Source of the DNA: Candidatus Caccoplasma sp.
GTDB lineage: Bacteria > Bacteroidota > Bacteroidia > Bacteroidales > G3-4614
Assembly: GCA_045613905.1 (NCBI GenBank)
Contig: JAZLBW010000039.1
Span: forward strand, 20,666-84,665
Reading direction: 5' to 3'
DNA: 64,000 nucleotides
A model generated the notes under the pieces. The model made no database searches and was not told where the DNA came from. It saw only the letters and a list, made by a program, of their open reading frames with translations. Numbering within the stretch: the first letter of the stretch is position 1; every line of letters starts with the position of its first letter. A program made the position numbers and the translations under genes. Shown piece by piece: positions 45,983 to 55,972 of the stretch.

Positions 45983-47941
45983 ATGAATATCTCTAATCTA
46001 AAAAATGTTCTAACAGTATTAATTTTGGCTATATTTTGTACAGCAGCCAAAGCTTCGACTGTAGAAAACTCCATTAATGCGAAGTACGGATTTTCGCAAT
46101 TCAACAGTGACGGAAATGGATGTTACAAAGTTTGGAACGACTTGAAGTGGGGGGTATGTGATGCCAATGGCAAAGAGATTGTTGTTCCTGCGTATGATGC
46201 CATTTGGGATTTTAATAATGGTTATGCCTTAATGAACATGGGGGCAAAATGGATAAAAACGCAAACCCCTAAAGGTGTTAGCAATGCGGAGAAAGAAAAG
46301 AATTTCGACAAAATATGGGTGTATGACAACGAAAACAGCACAGCATACATCTATGACCCGACAATGAGACAGATATACAAACTTAATGGTGGCAAATTTG
46401 GACTTATTGATAAATTTGGAAATGAAGTTATTGCTCCAATATATGATGAACTAAGCAAGACTTCAGAAGAAGGCATACTAAAAGTAAAACTAAACGGCAA
46501 GTATGGATATGTGAATCTTAACGGAGACAAAATAACAGAAATCAAATACGATGACGCATATGACTTCTGCGACGGAATGGCCATCGTCAACATAGGAGGA
46601 ACTCTAAATAAGAGAGGACGCATAACAGGTGGCAAATATGGTTACGTCAACAAATTGGGAGACGAGGTTATCAAGATAAAATACGAGAATGCAAACTCTT
46701 TTTCTAATGGTCTTGCCACAGTTTATGAGAATACATATTGGTATATTATTGACAAAAACGGTAAAAAGATAACTGATAAATCTTTTGAACAATTGGGTGA
46801 ATATTCTGAAGGAAGAGTTGCCTACTGCGAGAATGCCAAATATGGATATTTAGATGACAAAGGCAATAAAATTATTGAAGTACGTTATGATTTTGCCATG
46901 CCATTTAGTGAGGGTATTGCAAGAGTAAAACATGGATGGTCTTGGGGATATATCAATATTAACTGTGAAAATGTTACATATTTCGATTTCCAAGAGGCCT
47001 CTGATTTTAAGAATGGCATAGCCAAAGTAAAAAAGAATGGCAAATGGGGATATATCGACAAAACAGGAAAGGAGATTATACCTATAAAATACTCTGTAAT
47101 ATCTGAATTTGACGAGAACAATTTTGCTAAAGTTAAAATAGGTGCTAATTGGGGAATTGTTTCGATGGACGGAACAGAGATAGTATCGCCCAAATACCAG
47201 GCTATAGAACCCTTTAAAGGTGATTACGCAAGAGTTAGCATTGATGAAAAATTCGGATTTATTGACAAAACAGGAAAAGAGATTATTGCTTGTCAATATG
47301 AAGATACCGAAGATATTGAAAATGGCTTGGTGAAGGTTAACAGCATGGGAATGTGGGGATACTCAAACATAAAAGGAGAAGAGGTCGTTCCTTGCATGTA
47401 CGTTGCCGTTGGTAAACCCGACAGTGAATTGAGAACTCCTGTTAAACTAAGCACAAAATGGGGTTATATTGACAGCCTTGGAATGGATATAGCTCCCGCC
47501 AAATTCGATACCATCGGTAATTTTGTCAACAATTTGGCTATTGCTAAATCATTAGGCAAGTGGGGTTATATCGATAATAACGGAGAGACAAAAATAGGTT
47601 TTAAATATAGCGAAGTTTACGATTTTTGCAATGGTTTGGCGAAAGTAAAATACGCAAACAGATATGGATACATCGACGAAGAGGGCAATGAAGTTATTCC
47701 TGCTGAATACCAAAACCTATATAGTTTTGAGGACAAAATACTTGACGTAAACATTGTCAGTTCATATACAGGAGACGACACCGTAACAATCGATGTATTC
47801 GAAATAATGAGTTTTAATGACGAATACATCATATTTAAAAAAGATGGTAAATGGGGTGCAATGAATCGCAATCAAGAGGTTATCGTCAAAAACAAATACA
47901 ACAGTATTAAAGAGGTTAAAAAAGAATTGTACAAACAATAA
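45983..47941 (+). CDS. Secreted WG-repeat (KWG-type) protein
   Basis: 652 aa. Signal peptide, then about 15 or more repeats of the pattern G(K/L)xG(Y/F)I(D/N)xxGxxxIxxxYD. Confidence 0.85.
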   Translation: MNISNLKNVLTVLILAIFCTAAKASTVENSINAKYGFSQFNSDGNGCYKVWNDLKWGVCDANGKEIVVPAYDAIWDFNNGYALMNMGAKWIKTQTPKGVSNAEKEKNFDKIWVYDNENSTAYIYDPTMRQIYKLNGGKFGLIDKFGNEVIAPIYDELSKTSEEGILKVKLNGKYGYVNLNGDKITEIKYDDAYDFCDGMAIVNIGGTLNKRGRITGGKYGYVNKLGDEVIKIKYENANSFSNGLATVYENTYWYIIDKNGKKITDKSFEQLGEYSEGRVAYCENAKYGYLDDKGNKIIEVRYDFAMPFSEGIARVKHGWSWGYININCENVTYFDFQEASDFKNGIAKVKKNGKWGYIDKTGKEIIPIKYSVISEFDENNFAKVKIGANWGIVSMDGTEIVSPKYQAIEPFKGDYARVSIDEKFGFIDKTGKEIIACQYEDTEDIENGLVKVNSMGMWGYSNIKGEEVVPCMYVAVGKPDSELRTPVKLSTKWGYIDSLGMDIAPAKFDTIGNFVNNLAIAKSLGKWGYIDNNGETKIGFKYSEVYDFCNGLAKVKYANRYGYIDEEGNEVIPAEYQNLYSFEDKILDVNIVSSYTGDDTVTIDVFEIMSFNDEYIIFKKDGKWGAMNRNQEVIVKNKYNSIKEVKKELYKQ

Positions 47942-48615
47942 TGAAAAAGAGTGTTGTCATTGTTGCCGGAGGTAAAGGCATCCGTTTTGGAGGAGAGTTG
48001 CCAAAACAGTTTTTACCAATGAACGACAAACCCGTTTTGATGCATACGATTGACGCATTCCACAACTGCGACAATTCTTTTGATATTATTGTCGTTATCC
48101 CCGAAAATCATTTTTCGCTTTGGGAAGATTTATGCAAAAGCTATAACTTTACCACTCCCCACAAATTGGTTAAAGGAGGTGCTTCGCGTTGGGAATCTGT
48201 AAAAAACGGATTAAGTGTAGTTGACGAAAGCTCCATTATCGGTATCCACGATGGAGTGAGACCCCTGATTTCGGCAAACCTTATCAATGCACTATACACT
48301 AATGCCGCCTCATACGGAGCAGTAATACCTGCAATAAAAGTTACAGACTCATTAAGATTGCTTAATGACAATAACGATAAGAGTGTTGCTGTAAACCGAG
48401 AATTGTACAGAGCGGTGCAAACACCTCAGGTATTCAAGGGCTATATCATTAAGGAGGCTTACAACATGCCTTTTGAAGAGGTGTTTACCGATGATGCTTC
48501 AGTTGTGGAGAGATATGGTATTGAAATTAAAGTTGTAGAGGGAGAAGATACCAATATAAAAATAACCTCTGCCAAAGATTTAATAATTGCAGAGCTATTA
48601 AAGAGTCGTGTCTGA
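47941..48615 (+). CDS. ispD: 2-C-methyl-D-erythritol 4-phosphate cytidylyltransferase
   Basis: 224 aa. VVIVAGGKGIRFGGELPKQFL and the VHDGVRP-like IHDGVRPL motif. Its ATG overlaps the upstream stop (TAATG). Confidence 0.93.
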   Translation: MKKSVVIVAGGKGIRFGGELPKQFLPMNDKPVLMHTIDAFHNCDNSFDIIVVIPENHFSLWEDLCKSYNFTTPHKLVKGGASRWESVKNGLSVVDESSIIGIHDGVRPLISANLINALYTNAASYGAVIPAIKVTDSLRLLNDNNDKSVAVNRELYRAVQTPQVFKGYIIKEAYNMPFEEVFTDDASVVERYGIEIKVVEGEDTNIKITSAKDLIIAELLKSRV

Positions 48616-50704
48616 ATTTTCACGTATTGATATTAAATTTCTTGCCGGAGTAGGTTCGAAAAGAGCCGAAATTCTAAAAAAAGAGGTAGGAATTGCAACA
48701 TACGAAGATTTGTTGTACTATTTCCCATATAAATACATAGACCGTAGCAAAACATTTAAAATCAGTGAAATTGACGGCAACTTTCCCTATATTCAAATCG
48801 AAGGAGAGATTATATCGTTTGAGGAGGTAGGCACAGGCAGAGCAAAACGATTAAGCGCCATATTCTCAGATGGAACCGGAACTATAGAGTTAGTATGGTT
48901 TCAAGGAGCAAAATTCATAACAGACCGTTACCATTTAAGAACCAAATATACAGTCTTTGGTAAGCCTGCCCAATATGGTTCCAAAATATCTATAGCTCAC
49001 CCCGAAATAGACAAAGCGGAATCTATCACTGAGCGCAAACATTCACTTCAAGGATACTACGGCACAACCGAGTTAATGAAAAGGAAATTCATTAACTCAA
49101 AAGCCATTTCAAAACTTGTTGAGAATATTTTCAGCAGTCTTAAAGTTCCTATATATGAGACAATATCGGCAGATGTCGCAAAACAGTGCAATCTTGTGAA
49201 CATCAATGATGCTTTAAGGAATATACACTTCCCTAAATCAAATGAAGATTTACAAAAGGCATCGTTCAGACTAAAATTCGAGGAGCTTTTTTACATTCAA
49301 TTGAATATATTGCGATATATGAAGTTGAGAGAACGCAATCTGAACGGATTTAAATTTAACCGTATTGCCGACAATGTAAACAGATTCTATAAAGAGTGTT
49401 TGCCGTTTGACCTTACAGGAGCTCAGAAAAGGGTTATAAGAGAGATTCGCGCCGATGTTGGCAGTGGAAAACAGATGAACAGATTACTTCAAGGAGATGT
49501 TGGTAGCGGAAAGACCCTTGTTGCTATCATGAGCATGCTCATTGCGGCAGACAATGGTTTTCAGGCATGTATTATGGCTCCCACCGAAATTCTGGCAACA
49601 CAACATTACGAAAACATAAAACGACTTTTATCAAAACTTGACATCAACATAGCTCTTCTTACAGGCTCAACAAAAAAGAGCGAGAGAGACATTATTGACA
49701 AAGGGTTGAAAGATGGCTCCATTAATTTTATTATTGGAACACATGCCCTTATAGAGGACAATGTAGTATTTAAAAACCTGGGATTGGTTGTGATTGACGA
49801 GCAACACAGGTTTGGTGTTGTTCAAAGATCAAAACTATGGAAAAAAAACAATCAACCTCCTCATGTTTTGGTAATGACTGCGACTCCGATTCCTCGAACT
49901 CTTGCCATGACTCTTTACGGAGATTTAGATGTATCTGTAATAGATGAGTTACCTCCCGGCAGAAAACCCATCTCTACCATACTCCGATTTGATTCCGGCG
50001 CAGATAAGATGTATGACGGTATCAGAAAACAGATAGAGGCAGGCAGACAGGTATATATTGTATATCCGCTGATTAAAGAGAGCGAAAAGAGCGACTTAAA
50101 GAATCTCGAAGAGGGATACGAGTACATAAAGACCTTGTTTAAAGAATACAAGGTTTGTATGGTACATGGAAAGATGAAACCATCGGAGAAGGAGCAAGAG
50201 ATGCAAAAATTTGTTTCGGGTGAAGCAAAAATAATGGTTGCCACAACTGTTATTGAGGTAGGTGTTGATGTACCTAATGCATCGGTTATGGTTATTGAGA
50301 ATGCCGAAAGGTTTGGACTTGCACAACTTCATCAATTAAGAGGCAGGGTTGGTCGAGGAGCCGAACAATCGTATTGCATACTTAAAACATCGCACAAACT
50401 CAGTAGCGATTCTCGTAAGCGTTTGGATATTATGTGCAAAACAAACGATGGCTTTGAGATTGCCGAAGCAGACCTTAAATTAAGAGGGCCCGGAGATATG
50501 GAGGGTACTCAACAGAGTGGTGTTGCATTTAACCTTAAAATTGCCAACATCACAAGAGATTCTCAAATTCTTCAGTTGGCAAGAGAGTGCGCAGGTAATA
50601 TATTGGACAACGACCCTGATTTATCGCTACCCGAACACCATATACTAAAAATAAGACTTGACAAACTCTTTAAACGAATAGTAAACTTTGGGCTTGTTGG
50701 GTAA
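48608..50704 (+). CDS. recG: ATP-dependent DNA helicase RecG
   Basis: 698 aa. Wedge domain plus SF2 helicase motifs (GDVGSGKT, DEQHRFGV, TATPIPRT, QLRGRVGRG). GTG start overlapping ispD by 8 nt. Confidence 0.95.
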   Translation: MSEFSRIDIKFLAGVGSKRAEILKKEVGIATYEDLLYYFPYKYIDRSKTFKISEIDGNFPYIQIEGEIISFEEVGTGRAKRLSAIFSDGTGTIELVWFQGAKFITDRYHLRTKYTVFGKPAQYGSKISIAHPEIDKAESITERKHSLQGYYGTTELMKRKFINSKAISKLVENIFSSLKVPIYETISADVAKQCNLVNINDALRNIHFPKSNEDLQKASFRLKFEELFYIQLNILRYMKLRERNLNGFKFNRIADNVNRFYKECLPFDLTGAQKRVIREIRADVGSGKQMNRLLQGDVGSGKTLVAIMSMLIAADNGFQACIMAPTEILATQHYENIKRLLSKLDINIALLTGSTKKSERDIIDKGLKDGSINFIIGTHALIEDNVVFKNLGLVVIDEQHRFGVVQRSKLWKKNNQPPHVLVMTATPIPRTLAMTLYGDLDVSVIDELPPGRKPISTILRFDSGADKMYDGIRKQIEAGRQVYIVYPLIKESEKSDLKNLEEGYEYIKTLFKEYKVCMVHGKMKPSEKEQEMQKFVSGEAKIMVATTVIEVGVDVPNASVMVIENAERFGLAQLHQLRGRVGRGAEQSYCILKTSHKLSSDSRKRLDIMCKTNDGFEIAEADLKLRGPGDMEGTQQSGVAFNLKIANITRDSQILQLARECAGNILDNDPDLSLPEHHILKIRLDKLFKRIVNFGLVG

Positions 50705-50737
50705 ATTTAGTTGTTTGCTGTTTGACAAAATTATAGA

Positions 50738-50777
50738 TAAAAAAAATGGATTCCGGCCAGAATCCATTTTCTTTTTT
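50738..50777. terminator. Bidirectional rho-independent terminator
   Basis: aaaaaaaaTGGATTCcggccaGAATCCAttttcttttttt between convergent genes. Confidence 0.75.
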
Positions 50778-50798
50778 TAATCGTTCAGATACAATTAA

Positions 50799-51032
50799 TT
50801 ATCCGAATACAAAGAATCCTTCGATAAATTTGTTGCTGAAATATAGAGTTGATTTCTCCTCGCGACAGTAAATTTTACCTTCACGAGCTAACCATCCTAT
50901 TGCTGCGTACAAATCTGCTGTTTTAAGACCGGTTTTCTCTTTTAATTGAGTTACATTCATCTCAGTATTAGCCTCTAAAACATGCCAAAGCTTTCCTGCA
51001 TTCTCTCCGATTGAAAATGTTAATGCTTTCAT
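50799..51032 (-). CDS. Small winged-helix protein (DUF2582-like)
   Basis: 77 aa. IGENAGKLWHVLEANTEMNVTQLKEKTGLKTADLYAAIGWLAREGKI resembles the small wHTH family as I recall it; not verified. A TATCTTTG -7 match lies at 51062-51069 on the minus strand. Confidence 0.5.
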   Translation of the reverse strand: MKALTFSIGENAGKLWHVLEANTEMNVTQLKEKTGLKTADLYAAIGWLAREGKIYCREEKSTLYFSNKFIEGFFVFG

Positions 51033-51117
51033 CTTTTATATAATTTAAGGTTTTACGACTACAAAGATAGTGTTTATTTATCGGAGAATAAAAGATTTTA
51101 ACATTATTTTACAATTT

Positions 51118-51501
51118 CTATTTAATAGACTCCTTTATCATAGTCCTTAAAGTCTCCTTTGGTCTTCCACCAATCCACTTTTGAACTTGTTCTCCATCCT
51201 TAAATAAAATTAGGGTTGGAATAGATCTTATCTGATACTTTTGAGCTATTTGAGTAGCATTATCAACGTTTACTTTTATAAACTTTACCTCTCCTTTAAA
51301 CTCATCAGACAGCTCTTCAAAAACGGGAGCAAATGCTCGGCATGGACCACACCATACTGCCCAAAAATCCACAATCGAATAACCGCTTTCAATTTCAGTG
51401 GCAAATGTTTTATCATTGGCTTCAACCACATTTTTTGCCGATAGAGACAAAGATGCTCCAAGCATAATTGTCAAAAACAGTGCTGATAAAATATTTCTCA
51501 T
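51118..51501 (-). CDS. Exported thioredoxin
   Basis: 127 aa. Signal peptide (ALFLTIMLGASLSLSA) plus the WCGPC active site. Confidence 0.9.
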   Translation of the reverse strand: MRNILSALFLTIMLGASLSLSAKNVVEANDKTFATEIESGYSIVDFWAVWCGPCRAFAPVFEELSDEFKGEVKFIKVNVDNATQIAQKYQIRSIPTLILFKDGEQVQKWIGGRPKETLRTMIKESIK

Positions 51502-51558
51502 AATCCTTAATTTTAATTAATACTACAATATCTATTTATGTTTTATCTATTTTTTTCG

Positions 51559-51566
51559 TAAGTTTG
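51559..51566 (+). promoter_or_regulatory. Candidate -7 box (TAAGTTTG) for cls
   Basis: This TAnnTTTG match overlaps the ORF-track TTG start (51564), which supports the ATG at 51588 as the real start. Confidence 0.45.
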
Positions 51567-51587
51567 TACCAACCCAAAGTTAAAATT

Positions 51588-53045
51588 ATGAACTGTTTAC
51601 TAACGATACACAATGCAGGAGAGTGGCTGTATAGCTTTATCTATTTCGCCATAGTATTCCTAAACATCGTTTTTACAATCATCATAATTTCGGAGAACCG
51701 AAATCCTGTAAAAAGCATTGCTTGGATTTCTGTTCTTATCCTATTGCCTGTGGCTGGCTTTATCTTTTACCTCTTTTTTGGGCGCGAGCAACATTCTCAA
51801 CGCATGATTTCACGCAAGAGCAAACGCAAATTAGAACGTTTGGTTAACGACAGCATCACCATCAGCAAAGAGGATGTTAACAATTTCAACGACTCAATAA
51901 AGCACCTGCTCTTTCTTGGTAACAAACTGACAAGAGCTTTGGTTACCTTAAACAACAATATTGAAATCTTCACCGGGGGTAAAGATAAATATTATAATCT
52001 ATTTCGTGATATAAAAAATGCTAAAAGTTTTGTTCACATTCAATATTACATAATAGATGATGACAATATTGGCAACGAACTGAAACATCTACTTATCGAA
52101 AAGGTAAAACAGGGCGTTAAGGTAAGGGTTTTGTACGATGATGTAGGTTGTTGGAATTGGAGTGAAAAGAGATTCTTTAACGAGATGATTTCGGCAGGAA
52201 TAGAAGCCAAACCTTTTTTTAAGGTAACATTTCCACAACTTGCCAATAAACTTAACTATAGAAACCATCGCAAGGTTGTCATCATTGACGGATATATAGG
52301 CTATATCGGAGGAATGAATGTTGCCGACAGATATATTGTTGGCGACAAACTCGGAGTATGGAGAGATACGCACATTAAAATTGTAGGCGAAGCTGTAAGA
52401 GAGCTTCAATCAATATTTATGGTTGATTGGAACTTTACCACAAAAGAGCTGTTAGATGAATCGGACTATTTTCCAAAAGAGAGGTATGAGAAAGGTGGAG
52501 CCACAATTCAACTACTCACCAGCGGACCATTGGACGAACACAAAGCTATATATCTAATGTTCACCAAACTCATATCCAATGCAAAGGAGCGAGTATATAT
52601 ACAAACCCCATACTTTTTACCTAACAGCGTAACAGCAAATGCACTGAAAGTGGCTGCGCTGTCGGGAGTTGACGTAAGAATCATGATTCCCGAACGTTCA
52701 GACTCAAAACTTTTGCAATATGCAACAAACTCATATATAAAGGAGATGCTAAAATCAAACGTAAAGATATACTTCTATCAAAAAGGATTTTTACATGCAA
52801 AAGCACTTATTGTTGATGAAGAAATAACAAGCATCGGTTCAACAAATTTCGACTTAAGAAGTTTTGAACAAAATTTTGAGATAAATGCATTTATTTACGA
52901 CAAAGAGTTTAACAGAAGGTATTCCGAAATATTTGCAACTGACATAAAAGATTGCAAACGAATATCGTTAAAGACATGGAATCAACGTTCATTCTTATCA
53001 AAAGCGGCAGAGTCGATTGCTCGTCTTTTCAGCCCTGTACTATAA
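51588..53045 (+). CDS. cls: Cardiolipin synthase
   Basis: Two N-terminal TM segments and two HKD motifs (NHRKVVIIDG...GGMN and LHAKALIVDEEITSIGSTNFD). Confidence 0.9.
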   Translation: MNCLLTIHNAGEWLYSFIYFAIVFLNIVFTIIIISENRNPVKSIAWISVLILLPVAGFIFYLFFGREQHSQRMISRKSKRKLERLVNDSITISKEDVNNFNDSIKHLLFLGNKLTRALVTLNNNIEIFTGGKDKYYNLFRDIKNAKSFVHIQYYIIDDDNIGNELKHLLIEKVKQGVKVRVLYDDVGCWNWSEKRFFNEMISAGIEAKPFFKVTFPQLANKLNYRNHRKVVIIDGYIGYIGGMNVADRYIVGDKLGVWRDTHIKIVGEAVRELQSIFMVDWNFTTKELLDESDYFPKERYEKGGATIQLLTSGPLDEHKAIYLMFTKLISNAKERVYIQTPYFLPNSVTANALKVAALSGVDVRIMIPERSDSKLLQYATNSYIKEMLKSNVKIYFYQKGFLHAKALIVDEEITSIGSTNFDLRSFEQNFEINAFIYDKEFNRRYSEIFATDIKDCKRISLKTWNQRSFLSKAAESIARLFSPVL

Positions 53046-54455
53046 GGAGCTCTCTTGATTTGAGAGAAAACACTTAGGAGTGTTTATCAGATAAAGTTTA
53101 TCGGTTGCTCGCGTAAAAGCGGTATAAAGCCATCTGAAGAAGTCGATACCCACAGACTCCTCCGATATATTGCCCATATCTATAAACACATTCTGCCACT
53201 GACCACCTTGTGCCTTATGACAAGTTACGGCATAAGCATATTTTACTTGCAGAGCATTAAACCACTTATCGAGTTTCACGCGTTTAATCCTTTCGCGTTT
53301 TGTTCTCACGTCGGCATAATCCTCCATTACCTTTGTGAAAAATTGATTGTTAAGCTCTGCAGGAAGCGAAGGGTACTCAAGGTGAAGAGTATCGAGCATT
53401 ATCTTTGCATCAATATCAACATCGTAATCAATCAATCGCAATGTAACATCGGCAAACCTGAAACCATACATCTCGTTATAACCCCTTACCCTTAATACCT
53501 GAGCCACGTCGCCATTGGCGATAAAATCAATCTGTTCAATTTTTTCGCCCCAAAAGTAGTTGTTTTTGGCAATCATCAACAAATCGTCCGACTCAAGTTC
53601 TGTCTCACGATACAATATGCGGGCGCGCACACCATTGTTAAAGAGGTTTGCTCGCTTGTTTGAACGCGTTATGATTATTGTCTCATCCTTTCCTGTTCGA
53701 GAATAAGAGTTCTCCAACTCCTCAATCAACTCTGCACCCGTTATGCTTTTAATATCGGGGAAACCTTGTAGCTCAATCTTTGGAGTGGAGAAATCCTCGT
53801 CACTCATAGCCTGACGCAACTTAGTTGCGTTATATAGTATTCCCGAAGTAAGACTTTGACGTATTACCTCGGTCAAAGTAACCTCTGTCACCTTTAGGTT
53901 ATATTCCGACAAGGAGATAGCATCCAATGCAGGAGTATTATATTGTCCTACGGGTGGAAGCTGCGCGGTATCACCTATCAATATCAGTTTACACCCCGGA
54001 GAGGAATAGACATACTCTATCAAATCGCTCAACAGATGCCCCGTAGCATCGGCAGAATCGGCAATCATCGATGCCTCATCAACAATAAAAAGAGTCTGTT
54101 TATGGCGATTATCGGTTAGAGTGAAGCCCGTCATATCGGGCGAGAAACTCTTCTGGCGATATATCTTCTTATGAATTGTGTATGCAGGAGTATTCGCATA
54201 GATACCAAACACTTTTGCAGCCCTGCCTGTTGGAGCCAATAAAACACTTTTCATTGAAAATTGAGAGAGAGTCTTTACCAATGCACCCACAAGCGAACTC
54301 TTTCCTGTTCCTGCATATCCTTTAAGCAAAAACACGTCGCGTCCTGTTGCTCTGAAAACAAAGGTCACAAGTTTAGCCATAACCAAAGCCTGCTCTTCGG
54401 TTGGCGTATATGAAAGATTTTGCGAGAGTTTATTTATAAAGTCCTCTTTAACCAT
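53040..54455 (-). CDS. SF1 RecD/Pif1-like ATP-dependent DNA helicase
   Basis: 471 aa. Walker A (GYAGTGKSSLVG), Walker B-like (LFIVDEASMI), GDTAQLPPV, and the C-terminal motif YAVTCHKAQGGQW. Confidence 0.8.
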   Translation of the reverse strand: MVKEDFINKLSQNLSYTPTEEQALVMAKLVTFVFRATGRDVFLLKGYAGTGKSSLVGALVKTLSQFSMKSVLLAPTGRAAKVFGIYANTPAYTIHKKIYRQKSFSPDMTGFTLTDNRHKQTLFIVDEASMIADSADATGHLLSDLIEYVYSSPGCKLILIGDTAQLPPVGQYNTPALDAISLSEYNLKVTEVTLTEVIRQSLTSGILYNATKLRQAMSDEDFSTPKIELQGFPDIKSITGAELIEELENSYSRTGKDETIIITRSNKRANLFNNGVRARILYRETELESDDLLMIAKNNYFWGEKIEQIDFIANGDVAQVLRVRGYNEMYGFRFADVTLRLIDYDVDIDAKIMLDTLHLEYPSLPAELNNQFFTKVMEDYADVRTKRERIKRVKLDKWFNALQVKYAYAVTCHKAQGGQWQNVFIDMGNISEESVGIDFFRWLYTAFTRATDKLYLINTPKCFLSNQESSL

Positions 54456-54582
54456 TTTATTGAGAGTTTCTATTACGCGAAGATAACTATTTTATCATGT
54501 ATCGAGGCTATATTTTGGGATAATTATTGGTCAACTTAAAACTCTTTATTAATTTTAAGGTCAAATTCAGGAGAAAGGAAAC

Positions 54583-55119
54583 ATGCGTATAATAAGTGGC
54601 AAATATGGTAAGAGAAGATTTGATGTTCCGTCAAACATAAAAGCCAGACCAACTACAGATTTTGCTCGTGAGAATATATTCAATGTTCTCTCAAACAACA
54701 TAGATTTTGAAGGACTAAAGGCTCTTGACCTTTTTGCCGGGACCGGAGCTGTAAGTTTTGAGTTTGCATCGCGCGGATGTTCAAGAGTTGTATCAGTTGA
54801 GAACTACCCCGTACAATTCAAATTTATCAAACAGGTTGCTGAGACATTGGGAGCAGACGAAATTGAGGTTATAAGAGGAGATGTATTTAAATTTATCCCT
54901 TCGTGTAGCGAAAAATTCGACCTTATCTTTGCCGATCCTCCATACGACATGAAGAATTTTGAGACAATCCCAACATTGGTTCTCGACAACGACCTACTTA
55001 ACGAAGGAGGCATATTCATCATGGAGCATCCACGAAATTTCGATTTCTCTACTCTGCCCCATTTTTCAGAGCATAGAGTTTACGGAAGTGTCAATTTCTC
55101 TCTTTTTGTAAAAGAGTAA
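54583..55119 (+). CDS. rsmD: 16S rRNA (guanine966-N2)-methyltransferase
   Basis: 178 aa. MRIISGKYGKRRF...RPTTDFARE..., the SAM motif DLFAGTGA, and DPPY. Confidence 0.9.
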   Translation: MRIISGKYGKRRFDVPSNIKARPTTDFARENIFNVLSNNIDFEGLKALDLFAGTGAVSFEFASRGCSRVVSVENYPVQFKFIKQVAETLGADEIEVIRGDVFKFIPSCSEKFDLIFADPPYDMKNFETIPTLVLDNDLLNEGGIFIMEHPRNFDFSTLPHFSEHRVYGSVNFSLFVKE

Positions 55120-55141
55120 AAAAGGTAAATATCAGAAGTCT

Positions 55142-55801
55142 TTAACTTTTATATATTGCAGAGGTAACCGAAGTTGCTTCTGCATATTTTTTTAGTAGAT
55201 CAACTGTTTGGTCAATAGCCTCCTGCAGACCTTCAATTCCTGAATATCCATTGATTATGACAAGTATGTTTTTTGTCTCCGAGGAGATTGACGTGCGAAC
55301 CTCGTCACTTGTTGGTGTTCCTATACCTCCGACCTCATCACGATATACAGGCAAGCCCGCAATGTTTAATAGTCCTCGACCTATACCCTCAAACTTTTCA
55401 TCCTCCTCGCCAACACCGAGCATTGGAGTTCCAACAATTTTATCTTTATCAAATCCACCAATTGAGTATCCTGTTTTAAGAGAGACAAGGTTTATTAAAT
55501 CCACGAGTGTAGATATTTTGTATAGTTCATTTCCGTTTATAAGTCGGCGCATCAAAGCCTCTGCCGATGGACGGTAGCGATTAGGATCTTTCCCTGCTAT
55601 CTTATAAGCATTGCGAGTGGCATGAATTGTTGGTATAAGTTTTATATCGGCAACACTATATTTCTTTCTTATCTCCTCTGTAAGAGCATCTATCTCACAC
55701 CACAACCCCTCATCAAAGGCACTATTCGTCACAGATGCCGTTATAACACCTGCACAATATTCTTTAAATAGCGATTTAGCCAAATCAGATATCTTTATCA
55801 T
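55142..55801 (-). CDS. B3/B4-domain protein (PheT-related, tRNA-binding-like)
   Basis: 219 aa. The pattern (NAYKIAGKDPNRYRPSAEALMRR ... GGFD ... GIGTPTSD) matches my memory of the B3_4 family; not verified. Confidence 0.55.
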   Translation of the reverse strand: MIKISDLAKSLFKEYCAGVITASVTNSAFDEGLWCEIDALTEEIRKKYSVADIKLIPTIHATRNAYKIAGKDPNRYRPSAEALMRRLINGNELYKISTLVDLINLVSLKTGYSIGGFDKDKIVGTPMLGVGEEDEKFEGIGRGLLNIAGLPVYRDEVGGIGTPTSDEVRTSISSETKNILVIINGYSGIEGLQEAIDQTVDLLKKYAEATSVTSAIYKS

Positions 55802-55811
55802 CTTTATTTTA

Positions 55812-55972
55812 AATTAGAAATTAGTTCGTTGCTTCGCAACAATTAGAAATTAGTAATTAATTAACAAACCTTCGTTTGTTGATTTTGCTCATGCTTAACA
55901 ATACTCAAACAAGTTTGGCATTGTGTTCGCTTACTCGCAAAATTCCTCATTTCTAATTTCTCATTCCTAATT
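55812..55972. repeat. Intergenic modular repeat, copy D (heptamer units plus GC hairpin plus long hairpin module, inverted relative to copy C)
   Basis: aattagaaattag-ttc-GTTGC-TTC-GCAAC-aattagaaattagtaatt at 55812-55858, near-identical to the reverse complement of 18243-18284. Positions 55861-55958 are the reverse complement of the copy C module. The final ttctaatttctcattcctaatt contains the gldH stop. Confidence 0.7.

Noticed and set aside
53040-53045. A 6-nt convergent overlap of the cls and helicase 3' ends.
   Set aside because: Small convergent overlaps are common in compact genomes, and no additional structure was seen.
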